Counted from the first letter of the stretch, positions 8,240-17,326 are shown. The stretch is DNA of 51,392 nt from Candidatus Binatia bacterium (GCA_046260515.1 JBHEPB010000260.1:1-51392); one strand, 5' to 3'. Notes: generated from the letters alone by a model not told the origin. Numbers and translations are program-made.

Positions 8240-10408
8240 TCACGGAAGCCGGCAATCCGTTCCCAAGTGGGCCTCGATGATGGCCCTGTCGTCGGCATCG
8301 GTGTCGCCGTCGATGTCGAGGTCGTAGACGCTCGAGAGACCGGTGAGCTGGTTGTAGTAGCTCCAGTCGTCGAGGTCCTTCTGGTCCACGACGAGGTCGA
8401 TGTTGCCGTCGCCGGGGCACTCGATGTCGGTGGCCAGCAGGGCCTCGAGCGCCGCGCTCAGCTCGTCGTAGTTCTGCTGCTGCTCGGGCGTCAGCGCGTC
8501 CAGCGGCAGTTCCTCGCCGGGATCGTCGAGGTGGGGCATCGGCGCGGCCTCGTCCACTTCGAAGAACTCGACGGTCTTGTTCTCCTTGCAGGGCTCCGCG
8601 GGCGAAACGTAGTCCTGCCAGACGTTCTCCACGATCTTGTAGCCCTCGTTGCGGATTCCGAGCGAGGTGAGCGGCGTCACGGTGTAGGGGCAGCCGTCCT
8701 TCGTGGGGTCGCAGCCCCGGCTGAGGACGAACTCGTTCACCTGGCAGCAGCGCTGGAAGCCTTCTTCCGGGGCGCCCTGGGTGATCTCGGCGTCGTGCTT
8801 CTTTCCCCACCAGGTGCCGTTGTTGTCCTCGCACACGCCCTTGGTCACCGGGATCTGCGTGCAGCTGTCGCTGATGGTGCAGGGACCGTTGATGGCGCCG
8901 TTGGCCTGCAGGTTGGTGCCCACCTGCGTGAAGTTCCACGGGCGGATGCCCGGCTGCTGCGGATCGACAAGGTAGGGAAGCATCGGCTTCGCATCGACCG
9001 GGCGCGGCACCTGGCCGGCCACGTCCTCGATCCCGGCCACCTCGCCGAACAGCGAGTAGAGGTCCGTCGAGTTGACCATGTGGGGAATGGCGCGGCCCGG
9101 GCCCTCGACCATCGGGCCGGAGACGACCAGCGGCACCCAGACGCCGGTCTGGTAGGCGGTGCCCTTGGCGCGCGGGACGCTGAAGGGCTGCTTCACCGTC
9201 TGGGCCAGGCTGCCGTTGTCGCCGAGCACGACCACCATGGTGTCGGTGCGGGCAGGATCGTAGGTGAGCTTTCCGTTCTCGGTCCGGCGCGCGAGCTTCG
9301 TCTCGACGAGAAGGCGTCCGATCTCCTTGTCCATGGAGGCGATCATGAGATTGGACAGCTCGCGCTGCACGGCCAGGTTGGAGCAGTCGAGGTCGCTGGT
9401 GGCGGCGTTGCCCGCCAGGTCGTCGGTCGCAGGCGGGTGCATGAGCGGCGTGTGGTCGGAGGCGAAGCTCACCGTCGCCATCCACGGCGTGCCCTTGGGG
9501 CGGCTGCGGATCCACTCGACGGCCTCGTCCACCACCACCTTGGCGCGGAAGCGACGCGAGCGCGGATCGGTGGCCGGCACCTCCTGAACGGAACCGTTCG
9601 GGAAGTTGTAGACCAGGGGCGAGACGTAGTGGCCGCTCATCTTCTCGAAGTCGATGTAGTCCGGAACTTGCTTGCGGCACTTCTTTTCGGGATCGAAGAT
9701 GCCACCCATGTCGCGGCAGGTGCGCCCCGGCGGCGTGCCGTCGCTCTTCGTCTTGAACTTGCGGCACCAGCCGTCGGGCAGGTAGCAGGCGCCGGTGTCG
9801 GCGCCGCCGGCCTTCTTGCTCGGGACGAAGCCGCAGGAGTAGGACTTGCCGGGCGCGGCCACGCCGCCGGCCGTGAGGTCGATCGACGACGGATCGCCGG
9901 TGGTGTCCATCCACCCGGAGAAGAAGTCCCAGCCGAGCGCGTGCGGCCCGGCCAGCCCGGCCGGGTCGTGATCCTGCAAGGTGATGTGGAACTTGCCGAA
10001 CATGCCGCTCTGGTAGCCTTTCTGCTTCAGCAGCTTGGGCGCCGTGAGCTCGTAGGGCGAGGTCATCGAGTTGGCGAGGTCGTCGGGACCGAGGGCCCCG
10101 AGGACGTCGGTGCGGAAGGGGAAGCGGCCGCTGAACAGTGCTCCCCTGCTCGTCGTGCAGGCGGGCATGGACCAGGTGTTACGAAAGCGCACGCCTTCGT
10201 CGGCGATCTCGGCAATGTTGGGCGTGGACGGCGGCGTGGCGCCGCCGTAGCCGAACACCTCCATCTGGTCGATGCCCACGTCGTCCATGATGACGAAGAG
10301 GATGTTTGGCGTCGCCGCCTTCTTGACGGCCTGCTTCTGATGGACGGGCTTGGCCTGGGCCGGCGAGGCCAGCAGCGCCGCGGCCAGGACCGCACAAAGG
10401 AATCTCAT
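8240..10408 (-). CDS. secreted sulfatase (alkaline-phosphatase superfamily) with dockerin-like C-terminal tail
   Basis: Track ORF 8240..10438. I start at the ATG at 10408 (MRFLCAVLAAALLASPAQA signal peptide) with GGGGAGAG upstream. NILFVIMDDVGIDQ is the metal-binding DD. The active-site box is CTTSRGALFSG at 10159..10145. The C-terminus reads GDGNIDLVVDQKDLDDW...DLDIDGDTDADDRAIIEAHLG. Confidence 0.88.
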   Translation of the reverse strand: MRFLCAVLAAALLASPAQAKPVHQKQAVKKAATPNILFVIMDDVGIDQMEVFGYGGATPPSTPNIAEIADEGVRFRNTWSMPACTTSRGALFSGRFPFRTDVLGALGPDDLANSMTSPYELTAPKLLKQKGYQSGMFGKFHITLQDHDPAGLAGPHALGWDFFSGWMDTTGDPSSIDLTAGGVAAPGKSYSCGFVPSKKAGGADTGACYLPDGWCRKFKTKSDGTPPGRTCRDMGGIFDPEKKCRKQVPDYIDFEKMSGHYVSPLVYNFPNGSVQEVPATDPRSRRFRAKVVVDEAVEWIRSRPKGTPWMATVSFASDHTPLMHPPATDDLAGNAATSDLDCSNLAVQRELSNLMIASMDKEIGRLLVETKLARRTENGKLTYDPARTDTMVVVLGDNGSLAQTVKQPFSVPRAKGTAYQTGVWVPLVVSGPMVEGPGRAIPHMVNSTDLYSLFGEVAGIEDVAGQVPRPVDAKPMLPYLVDPQQPGIRPWNFTQVGTNLQANGAINGPCTISDSCTQIPVTKGVCEDNNGTWWGKKHDAEITQGAPEEGFQRCCQVNEFVLSRGCDPTKDGCPYTVTPLTSLGIRNEGYKIVENVWQDYVSPAEPCKENKTVEFFEVDEAAPMPHLDDPGEELPLDALTPEQQQNYDELSAALEALLATDIECPGDGNIDLVVDQKDLDDWSYYNQLTGLSSVYDLDIDGDTDADDRAIIEAHLGTDCRLP

Positions 10409-10491
10409 TCGTTTCTCTCCCCGGGCAGGATGGCCCAAGCGGTCATATCCCGCCGCCGCGGGTTAACTCAAACAAGGCCAAGGCGGCGAAC

Positions 10492-10536
10492 CGTTCGCGG
10501 GTCGCCGCCGCTCGAAGCGGCGACGGCCCGCGAACG
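10492..10536 (-). terminator. GC-rich stem-loop between the beta-helix gene stop and the sulfatase start
   Basis: CGTTCGCGG-GTCGCCGC-(cgctcgaa)-GCGGCGAC-ggc-CCGCGAACG gives about 17 bp of pairing. It sits 17 nt downstream of the stop at 10553 on the minus strand. The trailing sequence is only moderately T-rich. Confidence 0.4.
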
Positions 10537-10552
10537 AGAACTACCGCGTCGC

Positions 10553-11773
10553 CTACTTGATGCCCGGCATCTTGATCTTCGCCGGGCTTCCGGCCGGCCC
10601 GTTGACCACGACCGCCGCGATGTTACCGCATACGTCGTCGGAGGGATCGGCTCCGGGACCGGCGGCGGAGCCCCAGTAGACGCCGGTGGTCGTCACGGCG
10701 CTCGACGAGCTGTTGAGCAGGCCGCAGTTGGACCCGCCGTTGCCGTACAGGTTGCCGCCGCTCACCTGCACGCCGGCGCCCACGCTGGCGAGGACGAGGC
10801 CTTCCAGCGCGTTCTGCAGCGACGAATTGCCCTCCAGGACGTGATCGGTGCCGCCCATGATGAGGATCCCCACGTTGTTGCCGCCGATGGCCACGTTCCC
10901 CGTCATCGCCACCGTGGTGCCGGCCGCCAGGTAGAATCCCGGCCCGGCACTGTCCACCGCCGCGTTCCGGTTCAGCACCCAGCCGCTGCCCGTGGCCAGG
11001 TTGAAGGCGGGGGCGCTCGAACCAACCACCAGGTTCTCGCGCAGTTCCACGTTCACCGGCGCGCCGGTCGACGCGATCCCGCCGCCCGGCGTGCCGTGGG
11101 CCAGGTTGCGCCACAGGAGGTGGTTCGAGCCATCGACCGCGATGCCGACGCCGGCCGGGCCGAAGGTGCGATTCTCGCGCACGACGGCCGACGAGCTGCC
11201 GGCGCCGAGCGAGATCGCCGTGTTCGGGATGTATCCGAAGCGGTTGCCGCGAATCTGCGCGGCCGTGGCCGAGAGCACGGAGATCCCGGTGCCGCAATCG
11301 TCGAAACTGTTGTCGCGAACAACCGCATCGCTGCCGGCGGTGACCTCGACGCCGACCGTGCACTCCGTGAACAGGTTGCCGCGCACCGTCACGTCGTCGC
11401 CCGCGATCGAGAGCGCCGGGTTGCCGCCGGCCAGGGTGAAGCCCTTGCCGGCCTTGCCGAAGGCGATCCCGTTGGCCGCCAGGACTACGCCGCCCGTGAG
11501 AACCGCGCCGCCCGTGCCCGCACTCGAGGACAGCGACAGGGACTTGCTGACGACCGCGCCCGCGTAGGAGCCGGGTCCGACCGCGATCGAGTCACCGTCG
11601 GAGGCGTTCGCCACCGCCTGGGCGATCGTCGCACAGGGCGGCTCCGTTCCGGCGCCGCAGGTGCCGCTGTCCGTGCCGTTGCTCGACACCCGGAAGGTGC
11701 CGGCGTGGGCGGTCGTTGCGGCCATGATCATGAAGGCCGCGGCCCATTTGCTTCCTCTCCCTTGTTTTCTCAT
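10553..11773 (-). CDS. secreted right-handed parallel beta-helix repeat protein (NosD/pectin-lyase-fold-like)
   Basis: Track ORF 10553..11875. I start at the ATG at 11773 (MRKQGRGSKWAAAFMIMAATTAHA signal peptide) with AAAGGAGA upstream. The body shows repeated about 22-aa units with G/N/V periodicity (VRGNLF, VRDNSF, IRGNRF, VRENRT, LRENLV, NRNAAV, MTGNVA, LEGNSS). Confidence 0.8.
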   Translation of the reverse strand: MRKQGRGSKWAAAFMIMAATTAHAGTFRVSSNGTDSGTCGAGTEPPCATIAQAVANASDGDSIAVGPGSYAGAVVSKSLSLSSSAGTGGAVLTGGVVLAANGIAFGKAGKGFTLAGGNPALSIAGDDVTVRGNLFTECTVGVEVTAGSDAVVRDNSFDDCGTGISVLSATAAQIRGNRFGYIPNTAISLGAGSSSAVVRENRTFGPAGVGIAVDGSNHLLWRNLAHGTPGGGIASTGAPVNVELRENLVVGSSAPAFNLATGSGWVLNRNAAVDSAGPGFYLAAGTTVAMTGNVAIGGNNVGILIMGGTDHVLEGNSSLQNALEGLVLASVGAGVQVSGGNLYGNGGSNCGLLNSSSSAVTTTGVYWGSAAGPGADPSDDVCGNIAAVVVNGPAGSPAKIKMPGIK

Positions 11774-11832
11774 GGCTTCGTCTCCTTTCGTTGGCGGTCC
11801 CCACAGCGAGAACCGGCCCCGTGCAGCGGACG

Positions 11833-13467
11833 TCAGATTTCCTCGGGCACGCTCCGGATCGCGCCGCAGGGACATTCACTCACACAAAGCCCGCAGCCCT
11901 TGCAGTAGTCGTAGTTGAAGGCGTAGCGCTCGCCCGGGCCGAGCTTGATCACGGCATTGTCCGGGCAGACCCCGTAGCAGTTGTCGCACTCGAAGCAGTT
12001 TCCGCAGGACAGGCAGCGCCTGGCCTCGAACTCGGCCGTGCTGCGGTCGAAGCTGCCCACCACCTCGTCGAAGGTGGACTGGCGGCGGATCGCGTCGAGA
12101 ACAGGGGCCTTCGAGCGCGGCGCGTCGGCGTAGTACCAGGGGTTGAGCTTGTCGAAGGTGGCCAGTTCGTGGCTCTCCGGATGCACCCAGGCCTGGCCGC
12201 GCAGCCACGCGTCGATGCAGCGGGCCGCCTGCTTGCCGTGGCCGATGCCGACGGTGACGGTGCGTTCGCCGGGCACCATGTCGCCGCCGGCGAAGATGCC
12301 CGGGTGGCCCGTCATCATGTCGGGGTCCACTTTCACGACGCCGTCCTCCACCTCGAGGCCCGGCACTCCGTCGAGAAGCGAGAGGTCCACGTCCTGGCCG
12401 AGGGCCAGGACTACGCAGTCGGCTTCCAGGGTCTCGAACTCCCCCGTCGGCTGGGCCTTGCCATCGTCGCCAAGGACCATCTTCTCCACGGTGATCGACG
12501 ACTGGCCGGCCTCGGTGATGGTGGTGAGCCACTTGACGAGCACGCCTTCCTGCAGCGCTTCCTCGAGTTCGGACTCGTGGGCCGGCATCTTGTCGCGCGT
12601 CCGCCGGTACACGACGATGGAATCTTCCGCGCCGAGGCGTTTGGCGGTGCGCGCCACGTCGAACGCGGTGTTGCCACCGCCGTAAACCACCACGCGGCGG
12701 CCGAGCAGGGGCTGCTCGCCGGTCTCCATGCTGCGTAGCACCGAGATGGCGTCGAGCATTTTCGCCGCGCTTCCCGCGGGGATGTAGGCGCGCTTGGCCA
12801 GGTGGGCGCCGACGGCGAGAAAAACGGCGTCGAAGGCGCCCTCCTCCATGGCCGCCTTCACGTCGGTGACCTTGGAGTTCAGTTCGAGGGTGACGCCGAG
12901 GTCGAGGATGCGCTGGACCTCCGCGTCGAGGACCTCGCGAGGAAGCCGGTACTTCGGGATACCGAAGCGCATCATGCCGCCGGCCAGGGGACCAGCGTCG
13001 CGGATCGTCACCGCGTGGCCGGCGCGGGCCAGCTGATAGGCCGCCGACAGGCCCGAAGGCCTGGCGCCGATCACCAGCACGCGCTTGCCGGTCACCAAGG
13101 CCGGTTGGGCGAACTTCCATCCGCAGCGGATCGCCTCGTCGCCGAGGAAGCGCTCGATGGCGTTGATGCCGACGGCTTCGTCCAGCTCGGCGCGATTGCA
13201 CGCTGTCTCGCAGGGATGGTAGCAGACGCGCCCCATCACCGCCGGCATCGGGTTGTCGTCGGTGAGCGCGCGCCAGGCGGCCTCGTAGTTGCCGGCCTCG
13301 GCGTGGAAGAGCCAGCGCTGCACGTTCTCGCCGGCCGGACAGGCGTGGTTGCAGGGCGGCAGGCGGTCGATGTACTCGGGCCGCACCGTGCGCCAGGAAC
13401 CGGTGTGGTTGGCCAGGCTGGAGCCGGGATCGAGGGTGATCGCGAAGGGTTTGCGCGGCATTCCCAT
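11833..13467 (-). CDS. GltD/NfnB-like NAD(P)H flavoprotein with PorD-like N-terminus and C-terminal 2x[4Fe-4S] ferredoxin domain
   Basis: This is the in-frame part of track ORF 11833..14502. The ATG at 13467 overlaps the porB stop (TGATG). The N-terminus HTGSWRTVRPEYI..CNHACPAGE is PorD-like. Dinucleotide folds are VLVIGARPSGLSAAYQLARAG and VVVYGGGNTAFDVART. The tail is CLSCGNCFECDNCYGVCP...CKGCGLCVSECPCGAI. Confidence 0.88.
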   Translation of the reverse strand: MGMPRKPFAITLDPGSSLANHTGSWRTVRPEYIDRLPPCNHACPAGENVQRWLFHAEAGNYEAAWRALTDDNPMPAVMGRVCYHPCETACNRAELDEAVGINAIERFLGDEAIRCGWKFAQPALVTGKRVLVIGARPSGLSAAYQLARAGHAVTIRDAGPLAGGMMRFGIPKYRLPREVLDAEVQRILDLGVTLELNSKVTDVKAAMEEGAFDAVFLAVGAHLAKRAYIPAGSAAKMLDAISVLRSMETGEQPLLGRRVVVYGGGNTAFDVARTAKRLGAEDSIVVYRRTRDKMPAHESELEEALQEGVLVKWLTTITEAGQSSITVEKMVLGDDGKAQPTGEFETLEADCVVLALGQDVDLSLLDGVPGLEVEDGVVKVDPDMMTGHPGIFAGGDMVPGERTVTVGIGHGKQAARCIDAWLRGQAWVHPESHELATFDKLNPWYYADAPRSKAPVLDAIRRQSTFDEVVGSFDRSTAEFEARRCLSCGNCFECDNCYGVCPDNAVIKLGPGERYAFNYDYCKGCGLCVSECPCGAIRSVPEEI

Positions 13468-14474
13468 CAGGATTCGTCTCCGGAATCGTGGACGAGCCCG
13501 TAGCGCGCGATGTTGCGGTCGGCCATCTCCTGCAGCTGGTCGAGCACGTCGCGCCGCACCGGTTCCTTGAAGAGGTGGGCAAAGCGCAGCTGGGGCTTCA
13601 GGTATTCCTCCACCGGCAGCTGGCGACGGATCTTCGAGACGCGGGTCACCACGCCGTGCTCGGCCTCGAAGACGGGGAACACCCCCGTTTCCCTGGCCAG
13701 GCGCGCCATGCGCACCGTCGCTTCCGAGCCGTGGCCCCAGCCGAGGGGACAGGGCACGAGGATGTGGATGTAACGCGCGCCTCGAAATTCCATGGCGCGC
13801 CTTACCTTGGCTTCCAGGTCGTGGAGGTCGGCGACGGTGGCGGTGGCCACGTAGGGGACGTCGTGGGCCATCGCGATCAGCGGCAGGTTCTTGCCCTGGC
13901 CGAAGCGGTTCCCGGTGCTCTTTCCCACCGGCATGGTGGTGTTGGTGCGCGCCGCCGGGGGCGTGGCCGAGGAGCGCTGCACGCCGGTGTTCATGTAGGC
14001 TTCGTTGTCGTAGCAGATGTAGAGCACGTCGTCGTCGCGCTCGAACATCCCCGACAGGCAGCCGAATCCTATGTCGGTGGTGCCGCCGTCGCCGCCCTGG
14101 GCCACCACGCGCACGTCGCTGCGGCCCTTCACGCGCATGGCGGCCGCCACGCCCGTGGCGACCGCTGCCGCGTTGCCGAACAGCGAATGGATCCAGGGAA
14201 TCTGCCAGGACGTCTCCGGGTACGGCGTCGAGAACACCTCGAGGCAGCCGGTGGCGTTGACGGCGATGAGCTGGCGATTGGTGGCCTCCATCGCCGCGTC
14301 GATGGCGAAACGGGCGCCGAGGGCCTCTCCGCAGCCCTGGCAGGCTCGGTGGCCCGAGTTGAGCGAATTGGTGCGCCGCATGTTGGCCTGGACGCTGCGC
14401 TGGTCCTCGGGCAGCAGGCGGTTGCCCACCGTGAAGGTTCCGGCCTGGTAGAAGCGTACGGGTTGTTCGCTCAT
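13467..14474 (-). CDS. porB: 2-oxoacid:ferredoxin oxidoreductase, beta (TPP-binding) subunit
   Basis: The ATG at 14474 (MSEQPVRFYQ) follows GGAGAG. Supporting strings are CQGCGEAL, GGDGGTTDIGFG (TPP motif) and YICYDNEAYMNTG. Substrate (pyruvate or another 2-oxoacid) cannot be assigned from sequence. Confidence 0.92.
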   Translation of the reverse strand: MSEQPVRFYQAGTFTVGNRLLPEDQRSVQANMRRTNSLNSGHRACQGCGEALGARFAIDAAMEATNRQLIAVNATGCLEVFSTPYPETSWQIPWIHSLFGNAAAVATGVAAAMRVKGRSDVRVVAQGGDGGTTDIGFGCLSGMFERDDDVLYICYDNEAYMNTGVQRSSATPPAARTNTTMPVGKSTGNRFGQGKNLPLIAMAHDVPYVATATVADLHDLEAKVRRAMEFRGARYIHILVPCPLGWGHGSEATVRMARLARETGVFPVFEAEHGVVTRVSKIRRQLPVEEYLKPQLRFAHLFKEPVRRDVLDQLQEMADRNIARYGLVHDSGDES

Positions 14475-14494
14475 CGCCTTCTCTCCTGGCCGAC

Positions 14495-15748
14495 TCAGAC
14501 AATGCGCGGCGCCGACGCGCCGCGTTCCCGGAGAACAGTCTCGGCGATGGGACCCGAACGGCGCTGCTCGCGCTCTCGATCGAGGACGCGTTCGACCACC
14601 GCGGTATCCAGGTCGAGGAAAGTAAGGGACGCGAGGCTTCCGTCGGCGGCCTCCCCGAACACGCGCCTCAGAGAATCGCGCGTGATGGCGCGGCCGCCGA
14701 GGCCGGCCACCACCGTGTACACGAGGTCGGAGGATCCCGTCCACGACGCCGCAACGTTGTTGGAAACGATGCCGCCGAGGCCGACCGCCAGGCTCTTCTC
14801 GAGGACGATCACGCGCGAGGCGCCCGAGAGGGCTTCGCGCACCGCGGCCAGCGGCCAGGGACGGAAGCAGGTGATGCCGAGCACTCCGATGCGGACGCCT
14901 TCCTCACGCATGCCGTCCACCGTGTCCTTGATGGTGCCGAGCACCGAGCCGAGGGCCACCACCACGATCTCGGCATCGTCGGTCCTGTACTCATGCGTCA
15001 GCCCGCCGCTGTCGCGCCCGAACACGCGGCGGAACTCGTCGGCCCAGGCCGGTATCAGCTCCAGGGTGCGCTTCTGCTTGGCGTGGGCCAGATAGCGCAC
15101 TTCCATGAAAGCGTCGGGCCCCACCATGGCGCCGATCGAAACGGGATCGGCCGGGTCCAGCACCTGGCGGGGCTCGTAGGGCGGCAGGTACGCGTCCACC
15201 TGTTCCTGCGTAGGCATGTCCACGCGCTCGTAGGCGTGGGTGAGGATGAAGCCGTCCATGCACACCATCACCGGGATCGAGAGTTCCTCGGCCAGGCGGA
15301 AGGCCTGGATGTGCAGGTCGAGGGCTTCCTGGTTGTCCTCGGCGAAGAGCTGGATCCAGCCGCAGTCGCGCTGGCTCAGGGCGTCGGTGTGGTCGTTCCA
15401 GATGTTGATGGGAGCGCCGATGGCGCGGTTGGCCACCGTCATCACGATGGGAAGCCCGAGGCCGGCTGCGTTGTAGACCGCCTCGGCCATGAAGAGCAGT
15501 CCCTGGCTGGCGGTGGCGGTGTAGGCGCGGGCGCCCGCCGCTGAGGCTCCGATGGCCACCGACATGGCCGCGAACTCGGACTCCACGTTGATGAACTCGC
15601 AAGGAGTGAGCGCTCCCGAGTCCACCATGCGGCCGAGGGCCTCGACAATGTGGGTCTGGGGCGAGATGGGATAGGCGCAGATCACCTCGGGACGGCAAAG
15701 CGCCACGGCCTCGGCGACGGCCGCCGAACCTTCAATCTGCTTGAGCAC
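14495..15748 (-). CDS. porA: 2-oxoacid:ferredoxin oxidoreductase, alpha subunit
   Basis: Part of track ORF 14495..16129. The GTG at 15748 sits 7 nt after AAGGGGAGG and gives VLKQIEGSAAVAEAVALCRPEVICAYPISPQTHIVE. It overlaps the end of the gamma gene by 17 nt. Confidence 0.9.
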   Translation of the reverse strand: MLKQIEGSAAVAEAVALCRPEVICAYPISPQTHIVEALGRMVDSGALTPCEFINVESEFAAMSVAIGASAAGARAYTATASQGLLFMAEAVYNAAGLGLPIVMTVANRAIGAPINIWNDHTDALSQRDCGWIQLFAEDNQEALDLHIQAFRLAEELSIPVMVCMDGFILTHAYERVDMPTQEQVDAYLPPYEPRQVLDPADPVSIGAMVGPDAFMEVRYLAHAKQKRTLELIPAWADEFRRVFGRDSGGLTHEYRTDDAEIVVVALGSVLGTIKDTVDGMREEGVRIGVLGITCFRPWPLAAVREALSGASRVIVLEKSLAVGLGGIVSNNVAASWTGSSDLVYTVVAGLGGRAITRDSLRRVFGEAADGSLASLTFLDLDTAVVERVLDREREQRRSGPIAETVLRERGASAPRIV

Positions 15749-16322
15749 GAGCGGCCTCCCCTTTTTCCTGGGTGACGTGATTCCAGGCCTCGTCGGCAAC
15801 AGCGACGTTGGCTTCGGCGATCTTGGGCGCGAACTTCTCGCGGATCGCGGCGTGGACCGACTCGAGCGACAGGCGGCCCGAGATGGCGGCGAATCCGGCC
15901 AGCAGTGCGGCGTTGGGCACCGGCCGCCCGATGAGCCTCTGCGCCATCTCGGTGGCCGGAACGGTGCAGACGCGGTCGGCCCCCCGCCCCGCCACCAGTT
16001 CGCCGAGGCCGAGTTCCTCGAAGGATCGGGTGGTGTTGATGAGGATGTAGCCGTCCGGCGCCAGGCCCGAAAAGACGTCCACCTGGTGCAGCAGCGTGGG
16101 GTCCTGGATGATGAGGGCGTCGGGGGCAAGGACCGGTTCGCGCAGCCGGATCGCCTTGTCGTCGATGCGGCAGAAAGCGACCACGGGGGCGCCGTTGCGC
16201 TCGGAGCCGAAGCTCGGGAAGGCCTGGGCGTGGTGCCCTTCGCGGAAGGCGGCCACCGACAGCATCTCGGCCGCCGTCACCACCCCCTGACCACCCCGAC
16301 CATGAATGCGTACCTGGAACAT
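15732..16322 (-). CDS. porG: 2-oxoacid:ferredoxin oxidoreductase, gamma subunit
   Basis: Part of track ORF 15732..17330. The ATG at 16322 follows GGAGAG and gives MFQVRIHGRGGQGVVTAAEMLSVAAF..., the typical gamma N-terminus. Confidence 0.9.
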   Translation of the reverse strand: MFQVRIHGRGGQGVVTAAEMLSVAAFREGHHAQAFPSFGSERNGAPVVAFCRIDDKAIRLREPVLAPDALIIQDPTLLHQVDVFSGLAPDGYILINTTRSFEELGLGELVAGRGADRVCTVPATEMAQRLIGRPVPNAALLAGFAAISGRLSLESVHAAIREKFAPKIAEANVAVADEAWNHVTQEKGEAARAQAD

Positions 16323-16450
16323 GGCTCTCCGTCGCTTGCCGCGCTCGCCGAGTCGCTCCTCGACTCGTGGCGAACATGCTCCTGACGGAAGAAAATTGGG
16401 AACGCTGCGCGAGGGCCCGGTTGAGCCGGGCCCTCGCGCCTCCGCGAAGG

Positions 16451-16987
16451 TCAGGGCCTCGGGTACTCGCTCAGGTCGCCGGCTTCGGCGCGACCCGACT
16501 CCGGAAAGCCGGGAACGTCGTCGTCCAGGCTGAAGTTGATGCGCACGTCCTCGGCCTCCACCACGTACTTCGGGGGAACGTCGTCGAGCACGCAGTCGGG
16601 ATCGTTGAGCACTGCGACGGGATCGCCCGGGTCGATGCGGCCGTCGGCCTCGTTGCCGGGGTTGTCCAGCAGGAAGGCGATCACCATGCGGCCCTTCTTC
16701 AACTTGTTGATGTCGAACTCGGTCTCGCCCAGGTCGAGTTTCTGCTTCTTCTCGGCGTTGTTGTCGGGCAGCTCGGGCTCGGTGCAGTCGGCCGGCTCGT
16801 CGTTCACCCTGTAGACGAAGACCACGATCTCGCGATCGGTGTCGTCGGGGAAGATGGCCTCGATCTCGCCGATCACCTCCACGTTGCCGCCGCCGCCCCC
16901 GCCGCCGTAGAGCCCCCCGCAGCCGGTCGCAGCCGCCAGCACCGTCATCCCCAGGAACGCCTGGAACCCGATCGGAAATCGCTTCAT
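16451..16987 (-). CDS. acidic lipoprotein with poly-glycine linker, unknown function
   Basis: Part of track ORF 16451..17305, starting at the ATG at 16987. The product begins MKRFPIGFQAFLGMTVLAAATGC, with lipobox LAAATG|C, followed by GGLYGGGGGGGN and then an Asp/Glu-rich body. Confidence 0.7.
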   Translation of the reverse strand: MKRFPIGFQAFLGMTVLAAATGCGGLYGGGGGGGNVEVIGEIEAIFPDDTDREIVVFVYRVNDEPADCTEPELPDNNAEKKQKLDLGETEFDINKLKKGRMVIAFLLDNPGNEADGRIDPGDPVAVLNDPDCVLDDVPPKYVVEAEDVRINFSLDDDVPGFPESGRAEAGDLSEYPRP

Positions 16988-17295
16988 GCCTGTTCTCGCC
17001 TCGCCGTTCTCGTCCTTGCCGTAGCGGCCCCATGCCGCGTTCGCCTCGGCAGGCCGCCGCGAAGCGAACGGGCTTCGGGGGACCGGCAACAAGCACGATG
17101 TGAAGAGCGGGAGTCTGGCACGTTCCGGCGGAGCATGCTCGCCGCGCAGCCGGCAGGGAACGGGCAGGGCCGGCGGGCGCGGGGTCCGGCAGAACGGAAG
17201 GGAAGCCGGCGGCGGGGCGGGCGGCCCAATGGAGTACAGGGCACGAACGGGGAGAACTGGTCCCGCTCGTACCCTGCATCCGTCCCCACTCTGGC

Positions 17296-17316
17296 GGGCG
17301 GCCACCGCGGCCGCCC
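17296..17316 (-). terminator. GC stem-loop just downstream of the AAA+ ATPase stop
   Basis: GGGCGGCC-accgc-GGCCGCCC forms an 8 bp all-GC stem about 10 nt after the stop at 17327. There is no clear U-tract. Confidence 0.35.
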
Positions 17317-17326
17317 CCGTCCCGCG

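Noticed and set aside
7700-11908. A 1402-aa plus-strand ORF spanning the hypothetical, sulfatase and beta-helix genes.
   Set aside because: It is antisense to three genes with clear homology or signal peptides. Its translation is low-complexity (A/G/R/V/H/D-rich) with no recognisable domain. It is the expected stop-codon-poor shadow frame of a high-GC3 genome.
13468-14502. N-terminal extensions of track ORFs caused by missing in-frame stops. Examples are 11833..14502, 15732..17330, 14495..16129, 31097..33796, 33591..35474 and 22810..23646.
   Set aside because: The extensions overlap the upstream homologous genes in another frame and are R/P/G-rich. Internal starts with SD sequences and canonical N-termini exist.
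17116-17121. TGGCAC, which resembles a sigma54 -24 element.
   Set aside because: It lies on the plus strand with no plus-strand gene downstream. The -12 TTGC element is absent at the required spacing.
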